DNA of 64,000 bases from assembly GCF_009914755.1 (NCBI RefSeq), contig NC_060928.1. One strand, 5' to 3'. The notes under the pieces were generated by a model. That model saw only the letters and a program-made list of their open reading frames with translations, had not been told where the DNA came from and did no database searches. Within the stretch, counting starts at the first letter, position 1. Every line of letters begins with the position of its first letter. A program made the position numbers and the translations under genes. Positions 42,008-54,437 of the stretch are shown here, piece after piece. The DNA is from the human T2T-CHM13v2.0 reference genome, Homo sapiens.

Positions 42008-43042
42008 TTACTAACAGTCCTGTTCTTGGAAGAGATGCAATAGGATTGATGAATATATCTTTCCATCTGTCTCCTACATGCTCTAGTTCTGCTGTGGACC
42101 ACAAGTTTACAGATTGGGAAGAAATAAATTCTCATTAAAAAGAAAAACAATACTTGCTAGAAAGAGACGCACTGCAGAGTAGATTATGAACTTCATTAAA
42201 TGATTCTATGAAGCTCCTGCCAAGAACATTTCTCCTCTGTATTTCCAGGGCCGAGCGGCACTGACTAAATATACGCTTAGACGTATATCCTCATGGTGAG
42301 GACAGAGATAGGGAGGAGACGCAGACATCTCGATGGTCAGCACAGTTTGGCTGTAACCTAAGTCAGCCCCCTGGGTGAAATGGCCTCACCTCACCATGCC
42401 TCAATCATATCTCTAAAATAGGAAAATTTGACTTTTTTAGACTTGACTGAGCTAAGAAGGGTAGGCCTCATTGGATGTGTATTCCTGCCACAAAAATAGC
42501 GGCATCCAGGAATGTGGCATCTCTTCCTTGCCACAGCAGCCAGGGCCCTCTAGGCCTGAGGGATGCCTGGAAGAAGCAACTTTCCCACATCCCTAGGAGG
42601 TGTGATCCTTCCCTCCAGAGAACAAGCGGGTTGGTGTTGTTGGAACTTAGAGCCTGATGCATGAACAACCAGAGGTAAAACTGGAGGGCTCTGCAGGAGC
42701 CAGAATCACAAGGAGCTAGCATGCCAGGCTGAGACACTTGGCTTTGTCCTCTCAGCCTAGGGGTGGTGAACGGGTTTAACTGTACAGAGAAAAGCCAATG
42801 GATTGCTAATGTATGCCTAGAGCACGCTGTCCAGAAGGAGCCTGAGGCTCCCTGGGCTAAGCAGAAGACCTCGGTTGACTATCAATGTCTACCCTGAGTA
42901 TGGGGGATGGGCACTGGACACTTGTTAGCTGCCTCTGCCAGAAGCAATGGAGAAACTTAGGTAGGAAGTGACACATGTGGTTGGGTCACATCACATCATG
43001 CTTGGAGGTTTGGAGGATGGAATGGGAACAAGGAGACCAGTT

Positions 43043-43189
43043 GGAAGGAGAGAGAGAGAGAGAAAAAGAAGAAGAAGACGAAGAAGACGAAGAAGAAGAA
43101 GGAGGAGGAGGAGGAAAAGAAGAAGAAAAAGAAGAAAAAGGAGGAGGAGGAGGAGAAGAAGAGGAGGAGGAAGAGGAAGAAGAAGAAGA
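43043..43189. repeat. Polypurine (GA)/(GAA)/(GGA) tract
   Basis: About 147 nt with only two pyrimidines. Confidence 0.95.
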
Positions 43190-43704
43190 TTTAAGAAAGA
43201 TTTAGAAGACAAAGCCTACGAGTAACATTTATAAGTTCATTCTGAGTGTTGTCTCAGGGCTCCAGAAGCTCAGTTTTCACTGCCATGGGCTGAATAATGG
43301 AAACGAGGACTTTTCTCTGTCCTTTAACTTTGTATTTGGCCCCAAAGTGGTAGTGGGATTTTTAAAAGCTCCCAAAGAGTAGCCTACTGCCCCTACCTCC
43401 CTGCCTTTGTCTGTGTCCCTCGGCCGAGGTACCTTTTTCCTTCTTGGCCCAGCCAATCCCCACTAACCTACTAAGATCAGCTTAGGTGCCATTTCCCTCA
43501 GGTAGTCCTTCCTAATCCCTCCATTCCCACACTGCATAAGACACCCTCCTTGGGGCTTCTAGAGTAGCCTCAATACATTTCTGTCACCTGTAAGTATCAC
43601 TGTATTCTAGAACACTTCTTTACAGATCTAACTCCCTGCTAGGTTTTCCTTGACAAGTAGGACCAGAGTCTAATTCAATTTTGTATAATATCTCAGGTAT
43701 ACCG

Positions 43705-43816
43705 TTACCACAGGTGCTCATATAATAATAAAAGCAGTTGTTAGTATGGTACTTAGCTCGCTTTACAACAGGTGCTCATAAAATAATAAAAGTAGTTAGT
43801 ATGGTACCTAGCTCAC
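43705..43816. repeat. ~58-bp tandem duplication
   Basis: caggtgctcata(t/a)aataataaaag...ttagtatggtac(t/c)tagctc twice. Confidence 0.88.
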
Positions 43817-43932
43817 AGAGTGGTGTGGATATTAAAGAAGTTTACACATCCGAGGTGTTTCCATCAGTCTTGGCATACAGAAAGCACCATGCAGGTGCTA
43901 GCTCTTAGCATTTTGTTAAATTACCACTATTA

Positions 43933-44316
<384 letters not shown>

Positions 44317-44873
44317 TTAAAATAACTTCTGTGGTTTGGCTACAGGAACTAATGACCATTGATTAATTAAATGTGTGCATATTTCAAAATATTTTTAAAA
44401 AGTACAAAAAGAACCTTGCAATACCTAAAAGTATAACAAATTCACAAAATGCTTAAGAAGTCTCTTGAATATCAAATGATGGCGAATACTACTAAGCTAT
44501 ATAATAACGCTAGGCATAGGGTTAATACTTGCTTAAAATTGCATAAAGGAACTCTGAGAGAATAATAAGAACACTAAGAATGGTGGTTCATGTGTAGGGC
44601 ATGGAAGGGCTTCTGTGTCTCTGACTTATGAAGTGTTCTGCTCTCAATGTGAGTCACTATCGCCCTGTTATTTTTAGTTTCATTCACTATGAACACACCA
44701 TGTTAACACACACATCCTCCGGCCCTTCGGTCTCACAGTGGGAGAAATAAGTGTCACCAGTGTTTAAAAAGCATCCTGTGAACTGATTTCAAATACTCTT
44801 AAAGTGACTCCCTTCCCTGTGGCTCATAGCAGAGAGCTGCCCATGGGTTCACACCTAAGATCAGACACCTAAG

Positions 44874-45153
44874 ACTACCAACCATCAGACTAGGAGCCCA
44901 TTTCACCACTGAGCAAAAGCAGACACTACACAGTGAGCTAAAAGAAATGCATTTCAATGAAACATATATATATATATGAAATGCATTTCGTTCATATATA
45001 TATATGAAATATATATTCGTTCATTCATATATATATATATATATGAAATGCAAACATATATATATATATATGAAATGCATTTCTCTTAGCTCACTGTGTA
45101 GTGTCTGCTTTTGCCCAGTGGTGAAATGGGCTCCTAGTCTGATGGCTGGTAGT
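44874..45153. repeat. 83-bp inverted repeat (arms 44874-44956 and 45071-45153) with 114-nt AT-rich spacer
   Basis: Base-by-base comparison: 80 of 83 positions complementary. Confidence 0.95.
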
Positions 45154-45198
45154 ATACATCACCTGAGGTCAGGAGTTGTTATATATATATATACATAG

Positions 45199-45506
45199 TT
45201 TTTTTGTTTTCTTTTTTCCTGAGAGAAAGTCTCACTCTTTTGCCCGGCTGGAGTGCAGTGGCACGATCTTGGCTCACTGCAACCTGCGCCTCCCTGGTTC
45301 AAGCAATTCTCTTGTCTCAGCCTCCTGAATAGCTGAGTCTACAGGCACATGCCACCATGACTGGCTCATTTTTGTATTTCATTTTTAGTAGAGATGGGAT
45401 TTCACCATATTGGTCAGTCTGGTCTCGAACTCCTGACCTCAGGTGATCCACCTGCCTCAGCCTCCCAAAGTGCTGGGATTATAGGCATGAGCCACTATGG
45501 CCAGCC
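45199..45506 (-). mobile_element. AluS
   Basis: Alu consensus; no clean TSD seen. Confidence 0.92.
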
Positions 45507-46047
45507 TAGATGAACAATATTAAGAACAGGTATTGTTTATCAAGTCCAAATGATGTGTCAGGCACCATTCGAATCTCATGTATCTTACTTAACCCTAAAA
45601 CAACCCCAGGGTCAGATTCCTATGATCATGACCCCCGTGGAACAGAGAAGATGTGGAATTGCCCAGGGCACAGAGCCTCCAGGAGGGGGCCGGGGTCAGA
45701 GCCCAGGAGTCCTGACAGCAGACAGCTCTCCAACTGCATTGCCTTCCCCCTATCAGTGATCCAAATCACTGAATCACCTGTTCACTATTCTTGTTGGATG
45801 GCTTTTACTTAGAGCAATGTGGTTCTTGAACAAGATCTCTCATGGGGTCCCATTAGTGCATCGTAGGGTCACCTTAACTAGTGAGTTCCAGAGATTATTG
45901 GAGAGCGAGACCTTGAAACATCACCATTCCAAGGTCTCAAAGGCTTTCAGTAGAAGGAATATATTTTTGATCTAATTTCTACTGTGTCTTTAAAATAATA
46001 CAGGACAGCTTATCTCTGAAACATGAAAGTCATATAATTAAGATTTA

Positions 46048-46230
<183 letters not shown>

Positions 46231-46464
46231 CTAGAACACATTAGGAAGTATTTTCGAAAAATCAGTTTTACACTAACATACATACTAATATAATAAAATT
46301 AATATTCTGTTGAATGTATTTTGGAAATTTTTCATAACATTATTTTTCTGGTTGATTTCCAACTTATAACTAGAAAATAATAGTATAATTGGAATAAATC
46401 AATTTATTATATTTATTGATGGGTAGCATCAATCAAAATTATTAAAATTACTTTTTTTGAGAAC

Positions 46465-46814
<350 letters not shown>

Positions 46815-46918
46815 TAAATAGAAGCAGAGTAGACCATTTGATCAGAATAGCTAATATACAGCCATTAAGTGGTGGACCCAGTGCTGCGCTATTTCTCTCT
46901 CTGGACAAAATGTATTAA

Positions 46919-47226
<308 letters not shown>

Positions 47227-48237
47227 ATTCACACACTCTCTGCCTCTGCATCATACATATTTAAGATGGGCAAATCAATGCATGACTGTACGCGCTTGAG
47301 AAGTAGAAATGGTTTTGAAATATCCCGTACTTAAGAAAAATTATCTTTGAATGATTCGACACTCTACAGGAGATAATGATGCCTGGCTTGATGTCTTTCT
47401 TTTATCAAAAGGCCAAATGGAGATCATTTGACCTGCTGGTGATCTCAACTTAATCTCCCTCGACCAGTGAAATAACTAAAATACTGTGACAACAGTATTC
47501 TCCTGATTTCATAACAGATCTTAGGCGGAAAAATGTATATACAATGAAAGAGTGAAATAGAAATATATTTTAAAAATCAGAATCTGGAGAAAAAAAAAAC
47601 ACAGAAAAGCCACAATTAGAAGCCAGACACTTACAACAAAATTTCCTCATTAATGAAGAAAGCAAAACTGCCAACTGGTCCCCCGGAGTCGGTGGGAGTT
47701 GGACTGAGAGGGAGAAAGCGAAGCTTGAATTCATTTCCTGGTGGCACTACTAGACGTGTGCCAGGTCAGCCCTCTGCCACGAGTCATCCGCTTATCAGTC
47801 TCTTTCCCTTCAAATATAGGGCTCATCTGTGTGGACACCTCTGTCACCTGGGAATCTCCCAGGGTGTGTGGGAGGAACCTGGGAACTGATCTTCTGATGT
47901 TCCCAGCCACATTTGGAAACTACTGCTGAGGAAAATTCTTTTCTCCCCAAATACTGCAATCCACATTGAGCGGCAGGACTTTAACTCCTGACCCTGATTT
48001 CGCTTATGATCAGAAAATAAGGACGCTCCCATATTTTTTTTTCTCTTACAAATAGAAAGGATCTACTGAATTTATTGAATATTTGAAAATTTATTGAATT
48101 TAATAATTTCAAGAAATTTACTGAATTTAAACCAAACTGCTTATAAGTTTGCACTGCTCTTAAAGTAACGCACAATATATGAAGAAATCCAAGTTTCTGT
48201 TCAAGTCCTTTCATAATGGGTAGAAAATCATATTTAC

Positions 48238-48361
48238 CCGGAATAATTCCTTGCTCGTGTAAGGTTCACAGATCAGTTTTTCCACATTTGCACCAAAGAC
48301 AAAGGTAAGAACCACAATGATCATCAATATCCAGCAAAAGAGGAAACTTAATCCAACTCCA
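48238..48361 (-). CDS. PROM1: PROM1 exon c.1455-1578 (TM4, GVGLSFLF...KELFR)
   Basis: TTCCAG|TGGAG ... CGG|GTAAAT, 124 nt. Confidence 0.97.
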
Positions 48362-48510
48362 CTGGAAAAAAATATAAAGTTAGTAATTCAACAAAGAATG
48401 ATTCAACATTACCTACTGATACTTACTAAATCTACCTATACTCTATAAAATAGCCCTGGGGTCTTCAGTGTTATTCAGGTGAAACAGATCATCCACCTAG
48501 GAGTGACACA

Positions 48511-48692
48511 GGGCTTGGGGACCTGGAGAGGGGCAGCTCCAGGACAGGCAAGGGTACACTGGATGGGGGCCTGGGGACCTGGGGAGGGGCAGCTCCAGAG
48601 CAGGCGGGGGATCACTGGATAGGGGCCTGGGGACCTGGGGAGGGACAGCTCCAGGGAAGGCGGGGATGTACTGTATAGGGGCCTGGGGACCC
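48511..48692. repeat. G-rich minisatellite, ~56-bp unit, about 3.2 copies
   Basis: gggcctggggacctgggggaggggcagctccag... repeated. Confidence 0.9.
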
Positions 48693-49079
48693 ACGAGGGG
48701 TAGCCAATAAGGGGCTGAAAGCACACGAGGAGCACAACCCGACTTCTCTCTGAACGCAAGCACTCTTGGCACAGTGTAAAGGATAGACTGGACAGGTGCC
48801 AACGTGGATGGGACATCATTGCAGAGGCTGTTATCATGGCCCATGAGGGTGGCCTAAGGGGGCAGGATTGGTGGAGAGTTGGTGGATGATGGAGATGTAA
48901 TATAGGAGACACAGGAGGCATAATATAGGAGGCAGCAGGACTCGGAAAGCGCTGAACACGAGAGGTAGAGGCAAGGAAGGGCTCCAAGGGCAGTGCCAGG
49001 GAGCGCTGATGCTCTGGAAGGAAAGAGAAGATGGGCTGGATGTTGGTCTTGTTGCCAGAGACACTGAATGGAAAGACTG

Positions 49080-49900
49080 TGTAGGAGTCAGTATGTTTGG
49101 AGCTCAGATATCTGGGTTTCGGATGTACCTTAGGGAGCCAGCAGCTTAGCCATGGTCATTTATCCCCAGGGCTGGCTTGGAGAGAGAAACAGCCTAGGGC
49201 TGGGTCTGGAAGACTTCAACATTTACAAAGATGGGTGGTGGAAGGAGGGGCCAGCAAACCAGACCAAGACGATGAGGCAGAGAAGTAGGAAGGCAACTAT
49301 GTGGGTGTGATGCCACCTAGGGGACAAAAGGAGTGTTTGCAGGAGGAAGGAATGGTCGGCTGTCACCAACCAATGTGCTGTCTGCATTGCACAGAGAGGT
49401 CACTGCCAACTTGAAACAAGTGCAGTCATGGGGGAGGAAACCACATCGGAGTGGACCGGAGAGTCAGCAGGAGAGGAGGGCACAGGCAGCAAGCGCAGAT
49501 CACTCCTCTGAGAGCCTGTGTGGGGGAAGGAGAGCTATAGGGAAGAGGCAGTGTGGGTAAAGAGTTTCTGCTTTTATTTCTGAAGAAGGGAGAGAACAGA
49601 GCCTGGTTAAGTATTGAGTGAAAGTCAAGGAGACAGGAAGAGAATAAAGACATGGAAAAGAAAGGGGATGATCCATTTTATCAGGATCAGGGAAAGGAAT
49701 GGGATTGAGAATATAGCTGGCGGGATCAACCTGAGCAGGCAGGAATCCCTCTGCTTCTGGCACTGCAGAGAAGGGATGGATGTGTTTGAGAGCAGGTGTG
49801 TTTGGAAGTTTGATGATGGGAAGTTGCATGATGGCTTCTATTTTCTCTGAGAAGAAGGAGGTAAAGCCATCTGCTGAGAGAGGGGTGAAGTAGAGGAAAA
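49080..49900 (+). mobile_element. L2 fragments
   Basis: 'atggcttctattttctctgagaagaaggaggtaaagccatctgctgagag' L2-like motif. Confidence 0.55.
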
Positions 49901-51391
49901 TGGACGTATCAGAGTGAAAAGACTGTTGCAGGAAAGTGTGGGGGGTGTCGAAAAAGAAAAAAAACAGAAAGAGAAGGAAGAAAACAAAAGAAATAAAAGA
50001 AAAGATTTGTCAGACTATGGCAAGTCCATTTGAGACAGGAGATCCTAAGTTTGTAGGGATACCCAATGTACCCGGTGCGTAGCTTTTCTCTAGCAGTGCT
50101 TAGCTGTCTAGATGTAGACATAGAGAACAAACTCTTAAATCGATCTAGGTGCAGCTGCCAAATCAAATACCATCACTGGTGCACACTAGGAAGGAGCCTC
50201 AGAAGGGTGTGGGCTGATGCTCGCAATCACCACAGCATCCCCTCCTAAGGGCACGATTCTCCCCTTTGCCTGCAGATGCCAAAGCCATAATTACAATATT
50301 TGTGTATCTTCACTAAAATAAATAGCAAGTAATGTTCATTGGAAAGGCCTAGGTCAGCCTGACTTTCTCTGACCTACAAGGCTTCTGAGTCTGGGAGAGC
50401 ACAAAGAAGAAGTGAGTGAGGGCCATGCCAGGATCCCTGTCTGAGCATGTGTGTCTGTGTGTTGGAGTTAAACAACTCATATAAACCAAGACAGCTGTCT
50501 AAAAAGGGCACCATGACTCTTACTCTAAATCGCATACAGTCACTATCTCCAGCCTTTATTTTCTAAATATGCACATTCCTAGATCAGGGGTAGGGGAACC
50601 ACTGCCCAAGGTCTGTTTTTCTAAGGTTAGTGAGATAATGGCTAATGTGTACTGAAAATATTGAAAAGGAGGAAGAGGAGGGGGAGAATAAGAGTAAGAT
50701 GAAAGAGCAAAAGAAGGTGAAAAAGAACAAGAATATGCGACAAAGACTGTGTATGGCCAGCAGAACCTAAAATATTTATTACTTGGCCCTTCTTGGGAAA
50801 AGCTTGCTGACTAACCCCTGATTTGCACAGTTAGGATAATACATGCATCATTTTCTGACCCCCTTTCAAATGCATTATCTTAGAAACTTTTGTCAACAAA
50901 TTAGGACTGTCACCTAGTTATCATTTCAGGGGCCATGTGATCTTCCACGCATGGATGTGTCATAACTCACTTGGCCACTCTTCTACAGCTGGACATGTAG
51001 GCTGTTTCCAGTGCTTCACTATCATAACTAATACTGCAAAACACCTCCCTCTTCATGATGATTTCTTCACAGTTTGGCTTACTTCCTTCACCTAGATTCC
51101 CCAAAATGGAAATTATTCGGCAAAGAGCATCATGGTCTTTTTACAGCCCTTGCTATATAGCCTGACAAACTGCTTTCCATAACCTCAGAAACTGCCACCA
51201 GCCATAGGAATGTGCCCAGTTTGTGATACCTGTGGCTGCTCTTGGCATTGTTGTCAATACCTAAAATGGGAAGTTTTATGATGGGCTTCAAATCACGAGA
51301 TGCTTGTGCCTCTGTTAGATCTCCTTATCTCTGGAGAGGCCTCCTACGCCCCCCTGCAACAGATAATACATTCACCACTGCATCCTATTCA

Positions 51392-51577
<186 letters not shown>

Positions 51578-52372
51578 TCAGAGCAGAGCCAGGGCTCTCT
51601 GACTTTCCTCCTTCCAGATCTTTCACTGGTATCCTTTTGGGAGGTAAGAATTCCTGCTTGGTTTTGAAAGAGACCATGCTCTTGATTGGATGGTGTCACC
51701 ATTTTTAAAGAGCAGGTGGTGTTTTGGTTGCAACAAAACTACACATACTCTTTCTGGTTTCTACAAGCAAGTAAACAGTTTTAAAAAAAGAAACTGCATT
51801 CTTCTAATTAGTCTGATTAGACTGATGACGCTTGTATCATCTCCTCCTTTTGCAATTATCCAGTTGTTTACCAGATACCTCAAGAAGCAGAGAATTCTGC
51901 CAAGCACAGCAAAGCGTGCCATGCTGACTGGTTGCATTCAACAATAAAGAAATCATAGCCACCCTAAGTCTGCAGACTCCTTGAAATGAATCAAACAACA
52001 TCTGACAGTTACCAGCCTTCTTCCTGCTGCTGAGATGAATCCTATGGCCTCCATGCCACAGGTCTCCATGTCTATAGAATTAGTATATCTAAACTAAGGT
52101 AGCTTTTAGCCTCCATCAATTTGTTGATGATTTCTCTGTTTTATTTTTTCTTTCTTTGAAGCTTGATATCACATTTTTTGTTGTATCCCTTTAAAAAGTG
52201 TGAATAAAATTTCGATGAGGGGTGCACCATTTTTCAGAGCAATTTACCCTACCTTTCAAGTAGTTAAAAAAGATGGAAATATAGGTATATATACACACCC
52301 CACCAAAACACTAACAAACAACCAAGTTAAATTGTTGTTAAATTTGTAACATTAAACTTAAAATCAATTAAA

Positions 52373-52421
52373 CATTAAAAGTAATGGCAAAAACTGCAAT
52401 TACTTTTACAGCAACCTAATA
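52373..52421. mobile_element. Partial MADE1 (Hsmar1 MITE)
   Basis: cattaaaagtaatggcaaaaactgcaattacttttacagcaacctaata, one Hsmar1-type TIR. Confidence 0.8.
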
Positions 52422-52547
52422 ATCTTCTGTTTAATGTATTTTTGTGTATCTGTGTACATTTGAACAAGAAGGGAAGACAAATTCATTTTTCCTTGCAGAT
52501 GTGATTTCTCCTTTTTTTCTTCTCTGTCCACAGGTACTTGCAGCTAA

Positions 52548-53003
52548 TCTTTCTTTCTTTCTTTCTTTCTTTTTCTTCCTTCCTTCCTTCCTTCCTTCCT
52601 TCCTCTCTCTCTCCCTCTCTCTCTCTCTCCCTCCCCCTCTCTCTCTCTCCCTTCCTTCCTTCCTTCCTTCCTTCCTCTTTCTTTTTTTCTTTATTTCTCG
52701 CTCTCTCTTTTTTTTTTTTTTTTTGACAGAGTCTCACTCTGTCGCCCAGGTTGGAGTGCAGTTGGCACGATCTCGGCTCACTGTAACCTTTGCCTCCTGG
52801 GTTCAGGTGATTCTCGTGCCTCAGCCTCCCAAGTACCTGGGATTACAGGTGTGCACCATCATGCCCAGCTAATTTTTGTATTTTTAGTAGACATGGGGTT
52901 TCACCATGTTGGTCAGGCTGGTCTCGAACTCCTGGCCTCAAGTGATCTGCCTGTCTCGGCCTCCCAAAGTGTTGGGATTACAGGCGTGAGCCATCGTGCC
53001 CAG
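52548..53003 (-). mobile_element. AluS with expanded ~175-nt polypyrimidine tail (52548-52724)
   Basis: (CTTT)/(CCTT)/(CT) tract running into Alu consensus. Confidence 0.9.
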
Positions 53004-53237
53004 ACAAATATAATTTCTTAAGCTTTGGCCTGTGAGCATCTAAGCTTCTGTTTGTGTGGAGTTCTTTGTCCAGCCCTGGTAGACCTCAGGTCATTAGCTC
53101 TAAGGTGATTTTACGACTCTAGTTTGTAAAGGCCTATACCATACTGGAGCCTAATTATTGTAGGGAAAGGATTTATAATCATAGCTTGTAAGAAGCCTGA
53201 TTTATTGTTCCAGTGACCCAAAGTTTTTTGTTTGTTT

Positions 53238-53238
<1 letters not shown>

Positions 53239-53269
<31 letters not shown>
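53239..53269. repeat. (GT)n microsatellite
   Basis: Direct reading. Confidence 0.95.
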
Positions 53270-53272
<3 letters not shown>

Positions 53273-54263
53273 ATTTGGTTTGAAGACCCAAAGTTTTAAA
53301 AAACAAATTAATCAAATTAATGTACAGCATCTGCTCTCCAGCCCGCTCACTCACAGCCCCGTGCTAGTGACTTAAGTGGATAAATGAGAGAACACGACTC
53401 AGGTTTTGGTTCTTCACTCCCCAAAGGAATTGTTTCAAACCTTAACCACTGACCTAGAGCCCCATCTCACTCCCTACTGCTGATTCTTCATGATCTTATC
53501 AAAAAGAGAATATTGACTTAGAACCCACACAGCTCTCTCCCTGCAGAGCATTCAAAGCCATTACACCACATCCTAGCTTACATTTCTGGCTCTGGCCCCG
53601 GTTGCACCTGGCTCATGCCTGCTATGCTTTGTCGTATCCATAGAGTCACAGGTTTTTCAAAGACACTAACTTGGAGGTGAATGTCTTTGAAGCAGGGACA
53701 GTCGCTCCAGTCTTCTGCCGCAGGCATACCTCTCCCTGCTGCCTCACACCTGTTCTCACGCCTAATCTAGGCTACCTGTCTAAATCCTAAGGGTTCTGCC
53801 TTGGCAGCCTTAGTTCTAAATCAAGTTTCTAGAATTTCAAGCTAGCAATACTGCTGACCAATACTGCTGTCCCACAAGAGATTGGCTCAGCCTCTGGTGA
53901 GTGAATAAATGAATGAATGAATGAATGACAAAAAGAAGGAACAATAGAAATCAAGAAAGCAAGTCTAGCTGCTTTTAAAAGGAGCCTGCCATATATAAAT
54001 AGTGTGCTTAAGCTGGTCTATCAAAATGCAAGTAATTTAGTGTTGTTGTTGTTGTTGTTTGTTTGTTTTTAATGTTTAGGCTTGACAGAAGTACCCAAAT
54101 CAAGGAAGGTCCCATCACAGCAGGATCTCTCCTCCTCGCGACCTGGGAGCTGGAACCCCGCGTACGTGGCCCAGAGGGCGCCGGGTTCATGTAACACCAG
54201 AGTCAGCACCCAGTCTCTCTCCTGCATTCCCACTCCCACATGACAGAGAGGAGCAGACACTCA

Positions 54264-54437
<174 letters not shown>

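Noticed and set aside
42968-43225. Arg-rich, Glu-rich and Leu-rich ORFs
   Set aside because: Translations of the GAA/GGA simple repeat
48475-48987. 170-aa Pro-rich ORF and a CRISPR-like repeat impression
   Set aside because: Minisatellite translation; the units have no unique spacers and the DNA is human intron
52444-52872. Hydrophobic Phe/Leu/Ser ORFs
   Set aside because: Polypyrimidine Alu tail
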